A stretch of DNA of 64,000 bases from an uncultured virus (IMG/VR IMGVR_UViG_3300042566_001492) (lineage: Duplodnaviria > Heunggongvirae > Uroviricota > Caudoviricetes). Below, one piece after another: positions 30,107 through 38,938 of the stretch. The notes beneath the pieces were generated by a model, which made no database searches, had not been told where the DNA came from, and worked only from the letters and a program-made list of their open reading frames with translations. Position 1 is the stretch's first letter. Every line of letters begins with the position of its first letter. Made by a program: the position numbers and the translations under genes. Where the stretch lies: IMG/VR virus record IMGVR_UViG_3300042566_001492; one strand, given 5' to 3'.

Positions 30107-30436
30107 TTAGACATTTTCATCTGTCGGTGTTTGAGACTCTTTCTCTTTCTGAATCTTATTGATGATATAACCTGATACTGCAAACTCAGCAGCTGCCCAA
30201 AGTAAAAACTCACCCATAGTCAAAGTAGGATACTTTTGTAACAAAAAGAAAATCATACCCCATTGTGCTATAATAAAAGCTACTCCGGATTCAAGTCTTT
30301 TTTTCGAGAAATAAGATGGTTTGGACGAATAGACATTAATGATTTCTTTACAAAACCATTTGATATTTGCCCATCCAAAAAACCAATTTTTCTTAGGTTC
30401 TTCAACAGAAACCTGTGTCTTTTTTTCGTTTGCCAT
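30107..30436 (-). CDS. Small membrane protein with 2 TM segments (holin-like)
   Basis: SKKRLESGVAFIIAQWGMIFFLL and FLLWAAAEFAVSGYII; charged C-terminus. Confidence 0.45.
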   Translation of the reverse strand: MANEKKTQVSVEEPKKNWFFGWANIKWFCKEIINVYSSKPSYFSKKRLESGVAFIIAQWGMIFFLLQKYPTLTMGEFLLWAAAEFAVSGYIINKIQKEKESQTPTDENV

Positions 30437-30515
30437 AGTGATTGTTATTTTTTCATTTGTATATATTATTACAGGAAAACGGACTTTAGTAATATATAAA
30501 GCTGAATTATAAATT

Positions 30516-30983
30516 ATGAGGTTAACTAAAATATTAAAATTTTTATATACTGCTGAACATCCACACTTTCTTTATATTGATAAGAATACATACTTTAAGT
30601 GGAAATATTTACTAATGTTGGTAGTAAAACTAAACAAAAACTATATGTCCTGTGAGATTTTTAGAAAGAAGTACAAGGCTATGGAGAATTTCGTTGTTAT
30701 CGGTTTAAAGTATAACGGTAAAAACGTAAAAAGAAGAACATCCGGTTTCGCAAAAGAATTTCTTGAAGAAAATACAGAGAGTAATTGTATTTACTGTGAT
30801 TGTGAGTTGAATAACTCTAATGCTACAGCTGATCATATAATACCAATATCAGAAGGTGGTAATAATTGTCAGGTAAATTTAGTAGTGTGTTGCCAAGATT
30901 GTAATAATGAAAGAGGAAACATGGACTTTCCAACATTCATATCAATTAAAAGAAACAAAAGTCACAAAAGATACTTTATTTAA
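30516..30983 (+). CDS. HNH endonuclease
   Basis: CIYC...ATADHIIPISEGG.N...NLVVCCQDCNNERG. Confidence 0.88.
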   Translation: MRLTKILKFLYTAEHPHFLYIDKNTYFKWKYLLMLVVKLNKNYMSCEIFRKKYKAMENFVVIGLKYNGKNVKRRTSGFAKEFLEENTESNCIYCDCELNNSNATADHIIPISEGGNNCQVNLVVCCQDCNNERGNMDFPTFISIKRNKSHKRYFI

Positions 30984-32177
30984 TTAAAGATTATTAAAAG
31001 AATCGAACTTTTTAGAGTAATCAACCTCTATATCTAACTTTCTTCTTCTTTTTGTTTTTGGAATCCATTTGATGTCTAATATATCTTTGCTAAAGAAAGA
31101 CCATAACTCTAACTTAGAGTATGCACCAGGTACTAATTGACAAAGTTTATTTATATCCTTTACTTTAGATATTCTGTGCATTAACTTATAAGGATCTTCT
31201 ACATTTTTCTTATCTACTATATCCTCAAATAACTTTTTCCACAAAAACACAGAATAATTATCCTTTAACTTTTCTTCTGTTTTTTTATAACCAGCTTCAT
31301 CATTATCGAAAAAGTATTGAATATCTAAGTCATTACTTTCCAAAAATCTATAGTCGGTATTTACACCAACAAGACCTATCGAATTCGGATAAAAAAGAGA
31401 ATCTAAATAACCCTCAAAAACTGTTACTCTTTCTGAAAAATTAACATTTAGAATATTAAAATAATATGATAGTTTATTATAAACAACTAACTCATTAATA
31501 TTTAATTCCTCAACATCCTTTCCTATGTTTACCCACTCAAGTAGATTTTCATAGTTATAAATCTTAAACATTCTACGTCTACCTTCTTTTAGATTTCTTA
31601 TTTGCATACCCAAGACCTTATTACCTCTTCGGTTTAACATTACAATAATCCATTCTGACTCATCCTCATTCTTCCAATATTTAGCTTGATAAATATTCGT
31701 ATGAAACTCAGGTGGTATTCCACGACCTATTAAATACTTGTAGACACCACCATTAACTTGTATAGGTTTAAAATCAGATATTGGAGTAAGATCTTGACTG
31801 AAAACTCTTTCTAACTCAGACATCTCTATCAAACTCTCAAACTTAGCATCAACAAAATCTCCTTCATAATCAGAATATGTCATAACACTATTTAAGTGTT
31901 CGATCATTTCCAACTTTTTATCTGGATCGATTTGTTCATTAAAGTCTTTTGCGAATCTATCAAATGTAGTTTTTTTATCACAGTTAAAACAAATATAGAT
32001 AAGTCTATTGAAATAAAGATTTCCTCTTTTAGCGTATTGATTTTTGTGACTATCACCACAATATGGACAAGCAAAGTTTAAACGGTCATTATAATCAACA
32101 ACCTTTCTTTTACTCTGATTAGAAGACTCTTTATCTAGAATCTTCTGAAGAATACTTTTAACATAAACTTTATCCAT
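30984..32177 (-). CDS. DNA primase (T4 gp61-like)
   Basis: Zn finger NFACPYCGDS...CFNC; TOPRIM VFEGYLDS, FFDND..G, KDIN. Confidence 0.9.
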   Translation of the reverse strand: MDKVYVKSILQKILDKESSNQSKRKVVDYNDRLNFACPYCGDSHKNQYAKRGNLYFNRLIYICFNCDKKTTFDRFAKDFNEQIDPDKKLEMIEHLNSVMTYSDYEGDFVDAKFESLIEMSELERVFSQDLTPISDFKPIQVNGGVYKYLIGRGIPPEFHTNIYQAKYWKNEDESEWIIVMLNRRGNKVLGMQIRNLKEGRRRMFKIYNYENLLEWVNIGKDVEELNINELVVYNKLSYYFNILNVNFSERVTVFEGYLDSLFYPNSIGLVGVNTDYRFLESNDLDIQYFFDNDEAGYKKTEEKLKDNYSVFLWKKLFEDIVDKKNVEDPYKLMHRISKVKDINKLCQLVPGAYSKLELWSFFSKDILDIKWIPKTKRRRKLDIEVDYSKKFDSFNNL

Positions 32178-32237
32178 TACATGATATATTGATAAAACTA
32201 TTAGGAGTTTTAATATAAAATAACTATATTTGTTTTT

Positions 32238-32498
32238 ATGAATCTAAAAGAAATTTACGAATTGGGAATTGATGTTAAAGACTCTCAAATTCCACAAGAG
32301 TGGAAAGAAAGTTTTAATAGTTTTATCTTTGGTCAAACTTGCCAGGCTGAATTAAATGAAGATGGTAGTGTAAAAGATTTTATCTATTACTCTCATGATT
32401 TTAGATTTTGGTATCACCAGAACCAAGAAGCAATTGAAAGAGATATTAAAATTGATGAAGTATGCAAAAAGGAAGATTCTTATATGAACAAAAACTAA
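32238..32498 (+). CDS. Small hypothetical protein with ERDIKIDEV motif
   Basis: 86 aa ORF. Confidence 0.6.
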   Translation: MNLKEIYELGIDVKDSQIPQEWKESFNSFIFGQTCQAELNEDGSVKDFIYYSHDFRFWYHQNQEAIERDIKIDEVCKKEDSYMNKN

Positions 32499-32794
32499 AA
32501 GACCATCCAGAAATCGGTGTTTATGGTATTTTTGATACTAGAAAAGTCAGTTGGTCTTATTATGTGATTTCATTTGAGAATGTTGTATCTGGAGGTATTA
32601 GATTGTCACCAGAAATCTGTGGATACTCAAGTAACGCATCATACGAAACTGTTGAAAAGCAAGGTAAAAAATTTAATACAAAGGAAGAGAGTATTAAATT
32701 TATACAAGATTATAAAATAAAGTGGGAAACCGGTTCTAATAATACAACTGAGGAAATTAGAGACCAAAAAATAGACGAACTTTTAGAGAGTTAA
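32462..32794 (+). CDS. Small hypothetical protein with C-terminal IRDQKIDELL motif
   Basis: 110 aa ORF. Confidence 0.65.
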   Translation: MQKGRFLYEQKLKDHPEIGVYGIFDTRKVSWSYYVISFENVVSGGIRLSPEICGYSSNASYETVEKQGKKFNTKEESIKFIQDYKIKWETGSNNTTEEIRDQKIDELLES

Positions 32795-34615
32795 GAGTAA
32801 ATACATCTTATAGATATCAGGTATCTTTGACCAATCGATAGTTTTACACACCGCGATTGAATATCTCATAATTCTAGAATCAGTTCTTTGCCATCTATCA
32901 TAAAGAATAGCTCTTTCTGAGTTTAATTCATCAACTTTCGTTATAAGTTCTCGTATACTTGTACTACTCAAAGAGTTAACAGATCTTGTCATGATAGTAT
33001 AACTCATTAAAGAAGCAAAAGACAATTCTATTAGTCTCTTAGCATTAGGAGTCTGGTCTTTGTCCAATCCCCAGTATACTTGTAGATTTTTATATCTAGG
33101 TGATTGCTCAATCATTTTTTCCAATTCTTTTTGATTATCCCCTGATTTGTAAATCTCTATAAGCCTTTTATAAACTTTTATTTTAACTTCTGAATGGTCA
33201 CTAACACTTTTGCCAAATAATTCAGTAACTATTTTATTATAAATTGTATCAGAGTATTTATTACCCTCTTCATCCTTTTCATCTAAGAAGTGGTATTTAT
33301 CGGTATATGGATCCTTAATATATGTTGACTTTCCATAGTACTCACCTTCAATCTCAATATAAAGGTCTGTTCTTGATTTGACAACATAGTCAGTATTACC
33401 ATAATCATCGACTCTAATTTCAATAACTTGCTCATTATCCGGATAAAGATTATCGGACATTAATTCAGAATACACCACATCATCTGAATAGAAATTTTCA
33501 CTGTGAAATTCCGAATATACAACATCCTCGTTCGGATAAGCATATTCATCCTTATATTCCAAATAAACAGCATCACCCGACCAAACATAATCGTCAATAT
33601 TTTTACAAAAAACTGCATCACCACTTGGTATATATTCATTGACCCAATTAGACCAAACTACATCATCACTTTTATAACTTCCGTCTGTCTCTTGTAAAAG
33701 ATAATATCCGCTGGATGGCCAAAGAGTATCATCGTCACTAAGCAACTTCTTAGACGGACTGTAAGCTAAAAATGTATCCATATATGGATATTTACTATAC
33801 TCGTGATTACTTAGTTGTACCTCAAAATTTATACCGGTATTATTATCATAAGAGTATTGAATTTTTTTTACTCTAGCATAATCTAAGAAAAGTAGTCTAT
33901 CCGAATCATTTATTGTATAAATTCTATCCATATAATATGTTCCATCAGTTAATTTCCAAACTAAAGCACGACCTTTTATTTTTTCTTCGTTTTCGCTCTT
34001 TAATATAAGAAGTTGACATACCTCAGGATTTTTAACATAAATATCAAAATATGTCTGACAATCAGTATATCTCATACAAGAGTTTCCTAATTGACCTCTA
34101 ACCACTTCATAGTTAGATGATAAGTACCACTTTCTTATATCTTCTCCATTGACTAACTCAAAACTACTTAAATCACCACCATCTATTATAGATTTGTAGA
34201 GATTTACGAATTCTTCAATTTTAGAATCCAAAACTGAGGTTTTATGAACTTCAGTTAATAGTCTTTTTACCCACCTACCAATTTTCATCTCAGTTCTCGA
34301 TTTAGTCCAGAACTCACTACCTCTTTTTTTATCTCTAATATTATATGGTAGTGTCTCTCCTAAATCTGTATTACCTCTAGTTATTCTATTTACTTGTAAT
34401 AGTGAGATTGTGTCATTTTTATCAGTAATATCAATTAAGGTATAGATATCAGTCGTTTGATTTGAATCCTCTGCTGAAGCTAAAGCTTGAGCAATTGAAG
34501 ATTTATCAGACATTCTTTTTAGAATGTTTCTAAACTCATCTGAGTAATAAAGTCTCATTTCTTGTTTGGCAACAGACTCAAAAATGAAATCTAAGTAGTT
34601 AGATAAAAATTTCAT
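32783..34615 (-). CDS. SCM/RALVW/MDRIY-family protein with C-terminal short repeats
   Basis: MKFLSNYLDFIFES start; LGNSCMR, GRALVW, YMDRIYT, YPYMDTF; ~13-aa D(A/V)V(Y/F/W) repeats. Confidence 0.7.
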   Translation of the reverse strand: MKFLSNYLDFIFESVAKQEMRLYYSDEFRNILKRMSDKSSIAQALASAEDSNQTTDIYTLIDITDKNDTISLLQVNRITRGNTDLGETLPYNIRDKKRGSEFWTKSRTEMKIGRWVKRLLTEVHKTSVLDSKIEEFVNLYKSIIDGGDLSSFELVNGEDIRKWYLSSNYEVVRGQLGNSCMRYTDCQTYFDIYVKNPEVCQLLILKSENEEKIKGRALVWKLTDGTYYMDRIYTINDSDRLLFLDYARVKKIQYSYDNNTGINFEVQLSNHEYSKYPYMDTFLAYSPSKKLLSDDDTLWPSSGYYLLQETDGSYKSDDVVWSNWVNEYIPSGDAVFCKNIDDYVWSGDAVYLEYKDEYAYPNEDVVYSEFHSENFYSDDVVYSELMSDNLYPDNEQVIEIRVDDYGNTDYVVKSRTDLYIEIEGEYYGKSTYIKDPYTDKYHFLDEKDEEGNKYSDTIYNKIVTELFGKSVSDHSEVKIKVYKRLIEIYKSGDNQKELEKMIEQSPRYKNLQVYWGLDKDQTPNAKRLIELSFASLMSYTIMTRSVNSLSSTSIRELITKVDELNSERAILYDRWQRTDSRIMRYSIAVCKTIDWSKIPDIYKMYLLLTL

Positions 34616-34648
34616 AATGTATATATTAAATAGAATGATTTAAAATAA

Positions 34649-34677
34649 AAAAAGTCCTCTTATTTTGAGGACTTTTT
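34649..34677 (-). terminator. Intrinsic terminator
   Basis: aaaaagtcctc-ttatttt-gaggacttttt hairpin overlapping the stop of 34660..35730. Confidence 0.6.
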
Positions 34678-35730
34678 CTTTTTCTTATCTCCTAAGATAT
34701 CCTTAGATGTCTTAGCTAAATATTTTGTTTGTCTTATGAACTGATTATAAAAATCATCTTGTCTGTTTATTTGACTAACTGGATTTAATCTACCAGCTTG
34801 ATTTCCAAATTGTGTACAAGTTAATACTGAGTTTTCCAAACCTGTAGCTTGGTGTGATGTCTCAGTAATTTCTTCTTCACCTCTTCTAACAACCTTTTTA
34901 GTTATGTTAAGTGGATCTTTAGTTCCTTTGACAACAATTTCAACAATATTAGGAAATTGTTCATTATGTAGACTATCTACTAGATCCTCAATATGTTTAA
35001 CATTCTTTAAGTCATCATCGGAAAATCCTACCTTTGCTTCTTTACCAAGTCTTTGAGCATAGTCATTGACTTTTTGTTTAAATAGTAAAAGAGCATCTTC
35101 TTTTGCTTTTTCTGGATTAGCAGGTGAACCACCTCTAGATGGAGCAGACACACCTACAAACTCACAACTATCTAAGTACTTTCGTACAAGTTGATTTTGA
35201 GATGGAATTCCACTAAGAATTCTTTCAGACTCTGTTTCCATATCGTAGAAATACTCAAACTTTCTAAGATTATTATACATCTCAAATAATTGAGATTCAG
35301 TTAGAACATTATCAATAATCCACTCAACACCTTTTTTCATAGATGGTGACTCGTGACCTCTTGCAGTAATGATGGCAAAAATAGATCCATTTACAAGACA
35401 TTCAATAAAATCATCCCAAGCTGGACCTAATTTTTGTTGTGATATAGCGGTTCTAACATCTTCTAAGAAGGCATTATCACCTCTTTCTCCCTGGTCTCTG
35501 AACTCGATAAAGGCAACATCATAGTCGATTCGCCAATTTTCAGTATCAGTTCTAACTTCTGCAAATTCAGCAGTAGAAACCGGTTGTTCAATCCACTCAT
35601 CACCAACTTTTTTTTGCATGATAATTTTTGTTGGCATCATAAGTATGTTATCATCCCAATCAAATGCATAGTATAATAAGTAATCAGAATCTTTACTTTC
35701 TGATATGAACTGACCAAACTTCTTTACCAT
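34660..35730 (-). CDS. HAD-superfamily phosphatase-like protein
   Basis: Motif I YAFDWDDNI, motif II IITARGH, Lys in EKAK, motif IV GFSDDD; N-term MVKKFGQFISES. Confidence 0.7.
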   Translation of the reverse strand: MVKKFGQFISESKDSDYLLYYAFDWDDNILMMPTKIIMQKKVGDEWIEQPVSTAEFAEVRTDTENWRIDYDVAFIEFRDQGERGDNAFLEDVRTAISQQKLGPAWDDFIECLVNGSIFAIITARGHESPSMKKGVEWIIDNVLTESQLFEMYNNLRKFEYFYDMETESERILSGIPSQNQLVRKYLDSCEFVGVSAPSRGGSPANPEKAKEDALLLFKQKVNDYAQRLGKEAKVGFSDDDLKNVKHIEDLVDSLHNEQFPNIVEIVVKGTKDPLNITKKVVRRGEEEITETSHQATGLENSVLTCTQFGNQAGRLNPVSQINRQDDFYNQFIRQTKYLAKTSKDILGDKKKKKSSK

Positions 35731-35734
35731 AAGA

Positions 35735-36067
35735 TTATTTTCTTTTGTTAATAAAAGATTGAAAAGATTCTAAAGCAGCACCTGGCATTTCGGATTTTTC
35801 TTGAGACTCTTCTTCATCGTCATCTTCTTCCTCTTCGTCATCTTGGCCTTCTAACTCATCTTCAAGATCATCTCTATCAAAGTCTTCTTCTTCGTCACCG
35901 TAGTCACCGAATCCTTTAACATCTTCGCCTTCACCTTCTTCACCTTCTTCAGTTTCAATTGTGAACTCTTCGATTACCTCTTCATCTTTAATAGCATTAA
36001 CAGAAATAACTCCTTCTGTTTCCTCGATAGAAATTACGTAACCATTTATTTCAACGCTAGTTTTCAT
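35735..36067 (-). CDS. Very acidic small protein
   Basis: 110 aa, long D/E runs; C-term LESFQSFINKRK. Confidence 0.65.
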   Translation of the reverse strand: MKTSVEINGYVISIEETEGVISVNAIKDEEVIEEFTIETEEGEEGEGEDVKGFGDYGDEEEDFDRDDLEDELEGQDDEEEEDDDEEESQEKSEMPGAALESFQSFINKRK

Positions 36068-36174
36068 ATTTTAATATTATTTTTTAGTATATATTAAAAA
36101 ATAAAATCACTTTTGTATTTACCAACTTTTAGTTGTTATTTGACTAAAAAAAAAATAACAAAAACTATTTCACA

Positions 36175-36831
36175 ATGAAAGACCTAAATAAATTCTTACT
36201 AAGCCAATCTATAAGTAGTACTCTACAATTGGATTATTTCAATAAACTATCAAAAAAAAGTAATCTAACATCATTCGATGCTAGTGGATTACCATTAGAT
36301 GTATTTTCTAAACTACTTGACGAAAGAATTATATTTCTTTCAACTGAAGTTGATTCAGATGTTTGTAACATAATTAAAGCTCAAATGATGTATTTAGACT
36401 CTCTTAGTGATGATGATATTTCAATATACATCGATTCACCAGGTGGATCTGTTTATTCTGGATTAGGTCTATTAGATGTTATGGACTTTGTTAATTGTGA
36501 CATCTCAACAGTAAACACTGGACTAGCGGCTTCTATGGCAGCAGTAATATTGTGTAGTGGTAAAAAAGGTAAACGTAGAGCTCTTAAAAGAAGTAGAACG
36601 ATGATACATCAACCACTAGGATATGGTGGGTGGGTTCAACAAGCTTCTGATATGGAAATAGAAGCAAAAGAAATAAACTCACTTAAGAAAGAGTTATACG
36701 AGATTATATCTGATAGAACAAATCAATCTTACGATAGAGTTTATAAAGATGGTGATAGAGATTATTGGATGACTGCACAAGATGCTAAAAAATATGGAAT
36801 GATTGACGAAATCATAACACATAGAAAATAA
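36175..36831 (+). CDS. clpP: ATP-dependent Clp protease proteolytic subunit
   Basis: DVFSKLLDERIIFL, YIDSPGGSV, GLAASMAA (Ser), MIHQP (His), DRDYWM (Asp). Confidence 0.95.
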   Translation: MKDLNKFLLSQSISSTLQLDYFNKLSKKSNLTSFDASGLPLDVFSKLLDERIIFLSTEVDSDVCNIIKAQMMYLDSLSDDDISIYIDSPGGSVYSGLGLLDVMDFVNCDISTVNTGLAASMAAVILCSGKKGKRRALKRSRTMIHQPLGYGGWVQQASDMEIEAKEINSLKKELYEIISDRTNQSYDRVYKDGDRDYWMTAQDAKKYGMIDEIITHRK

Positions 36832-36832
36832 A

Positions 36833-36859
36833 AAAACCCACTCAAATTGAGTGGGTTTT
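36833..36859. terminator. Bidirectional terminator
   Basis: aaaacccactcaa-a-ttgagtgggtttt between convergent genes. Confidence 0.8.
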
Positions 36860-36875
36860 AAGTTTTGTAAAAAAT

Positions 36876-37175
36876 TTACTCGGCCTTTTTAGGTTTAGAA
36901 GGTCTCTTATTAGACTTCTTCTTCACAGTTTCAGCTTTAGGTTGTTCAGTCTTATTTTCAACCTTCTTTTCAGTTGGTTGTTTTTTTACTTTAGACTTAA
37001 TTTCCTTAGCTGTAACTTTTTCTTCAGCTTTAGGAGTAACAACCACAGGCTTAACAGTCTCCTTTTTCGGAGCCTCAACTACAACTTCTTTTTTAGGAGC
37101 CTCAACTACTACCTCAGTTACAGTCGTGTTTTCTTTTTTACCGAATAAGTTTCTGAAAAATGAAAATATTCCCAT
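36876..37175 (-). CDS. Lys-rich small protein with amphipathic N-terminus
   Basis: MGIFSFFRNLFGKK; duplicated VVVEAPKKE; basic tail. Confidence 0.6.
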   Translation of the reverse strand: MGIFSFFRNLFGKKENTTVTEVVVEAPKKEVVVEAPKKETVKPVVVTPKAEEKVTAKEIKSKVKKQPTEKKVENKTEQPKAETVKKKSNKRPSKPKKAE

Positions 37176-37285
37176 GATTTAAATTATTTTTCTTTTATAT
37201 ATCAAACCTAACTTCTTCCCTCTATAAAAAACCTGAAAAATTCCTAAATTTAAACACAACCTCTTATTTTATATATAAATAAGAG

Positions 37286-38902
37286 ATGAAATTTAGATAC
37301 GATAAATCTTCAGAAGAATTAGTAGTAACAACAGCAACTAGAATTGAATACCACCAATTAGGACTGTGGTTGACTAGACATGTAAAAGGATACAGATACA
37401 TGCCTGCATTTAAGATGGGTGTCTGGAATGGTCAACAAACTTATTTTAAAAATGGAAGAATAAATGTTGGTCTTTGGAAAGAAGCAATGAAAGGTTGTAA
37501 AGAAATTGAAGCTTCTTTCATACTAGAAAATAAAGATGAGTTTCCACTAAACAGAGATATAACATTAGAAAAAGTTCAAGAGTTCTGTGAAGAATTCTTT
37601 AAGTTTCATAAGGTTAGAACCAAATCAGGAGAATGGATTCCATTCATGCCATATGACCACCAGATAGAGTCAGCTTATAAAATACTTAAGAATAGATATT
37701 GTATGGCTGAAGTTGCAACATCAGGTGGTAAATCACTTATTATATCTATTGTTATGTTTTATACTCTAAAACATATTGATCCTAAGGCTAAGTTTCTTAT
37801 TATTGTTCCTTCAATAACACTTGTTACTCAATTTTATGATAATATTATGGAATACAACTGGGGAATTAACAATCTCTTAGAAATGAGAGAAAAGAAAATT
37901 GATTCTATACTAAATCCAGAAGCTAAATATTCTCCTTGTGATGTTAGAGTTGAAGAAGTTATGTCAGAAAGACCTAGAAAATTCTCAGGGGCTCAAGATC
38001 CAAATGTTTATATTGGCACCTATCAGTCTCTTGAAAAGTGGCCAAAAGAATTCTTTCAACAATTTCACACTGTTGTAACAGATGAAGCACACGGAGCTAA
38101 AGCCAAAACAATAACAACAATTTTACAAAAAACATTTGGACATGCTTACTCAAGATTTGGAGTATCTGGTACTTTTCCAGATGATGATACCTGTGAAATA
38201 TTAACAATACAATCAGTTTTAGGTCCTAAAATTACCGAAGTCTCAGCTAACGAACTTAAAGAAAAGGGTATTATTACTCCGATGGAAATCAGATGTGTTA
38301 TAATGAATCACAATGATAAGGAATTTGATGATAGAATACAGATAATCAAAAGGGGTGGAAATGGTAAAGATGCATTTGAGCTTGAAAAAGCATATATTCA
38401 CGTTTCGGATAAGAGATTAGAATTTATTAAAAAAATAGTAGAAAAGTGCGACTCAAACACACTACTTTTATTTCATACAATTGAGTATGGTCAAGCAATA
38501 TTCAACAAACTACAAAATGACATATCTGATAAAGAATTCTTTTATATAGATGGTGAGGTAAGTGGTAAAAAGAGAGAAATAATTAAAAAAGAAATGGAGG
38601 TCACTGATGGTAAAGTAAAAGTACTAGTAGCTTCATACGGAACACTATCAACCGGAGTTTCAATAAATGCTATATTCAATGTTATTTTTACAGACTCTTT
38701 TAAATCCGAACAAATTATTATACAGTCTATAGGTAGAGCACTTAGACTACATTCTGATAAAAAGAAAGCTAACATATTTGACTTAGTTGATGTGTTTGAC
38801 GCTAACAATATGTCAAATATTTTATTCAGACATTTTAAAGAAAGAGAAAAGTTTTATATTAAAAGACAATATCCTTATAAAGTTATAAAAATTAATCTTT
38901 AA
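37286..38902 (+). CDS. uvsW: UvsW-like SF2 DNA helicase
   Basis: PYDHQ, ATSGGKS, IIVP, TDEAH, GVSGT, STGVSI, QSIGRALR. Confidence 0.92.
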   Translation: MKFRYDKSSEELVVTTATRIEYHQLGLWLTRHVKGYRYMPAFKMGVWNGQQTYFKNGRINVGLWKEAMKGCKEIEASFILENKDEFPLNRDITLEKVQEFCEEFFKFHKVRTKSGEWIPFMPYDHQIESAYKILKNRYCMAEVATSGGKSLIISIVMFYTLKHIDPKAKFLIIVPSITLVTQFYDNIMEYNWGINNLLEMREKKIDSILNPEAKYSPCDVRVEEVMSERPRKFSGAQDPNVYIGTYQSLEKWPKEFFQQFHTVVTDEAHGAKAKTITTILQKTFGHAYSRFGVSGTFPDDDTCEILTIQSVLGPKITEVSANELKEKGIITPMEIRCVIMNHNDKEFDDRIQIIKRGGNGKDAFELEKAYIHVSDKRLEFIKKIVEKCDSNTLLLFHTIEYGQAIFNKLQNDISDKEFFYIDGEVSGKKREIIKKEMEVTDGKVKVLVASYGTLSTGVSINAIFNVIFTDSFKSEQIIIQSIGRALRLHSDKKKANIFDLVDVFDANNMSNILFRHFKEREKFYIKRQYPYKVIKINL

Positions 38903-38938
38903 TCATCGAAGGCAAACCATAATTAAAATATATAAATT

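Noticed and set aside
30516..30983. HNH gene as a mobile intron-encoded homing endonuclease
   Set aside because: Free-standing; no interrupted flanking gene or room for an intron scaffold
32225..32232. Bacteroidota sigma-70 -7 element TATATTTG before 32238
   Set aside because: Single instance without a convincing -33 element; plausible by chance in AT-rich DNA
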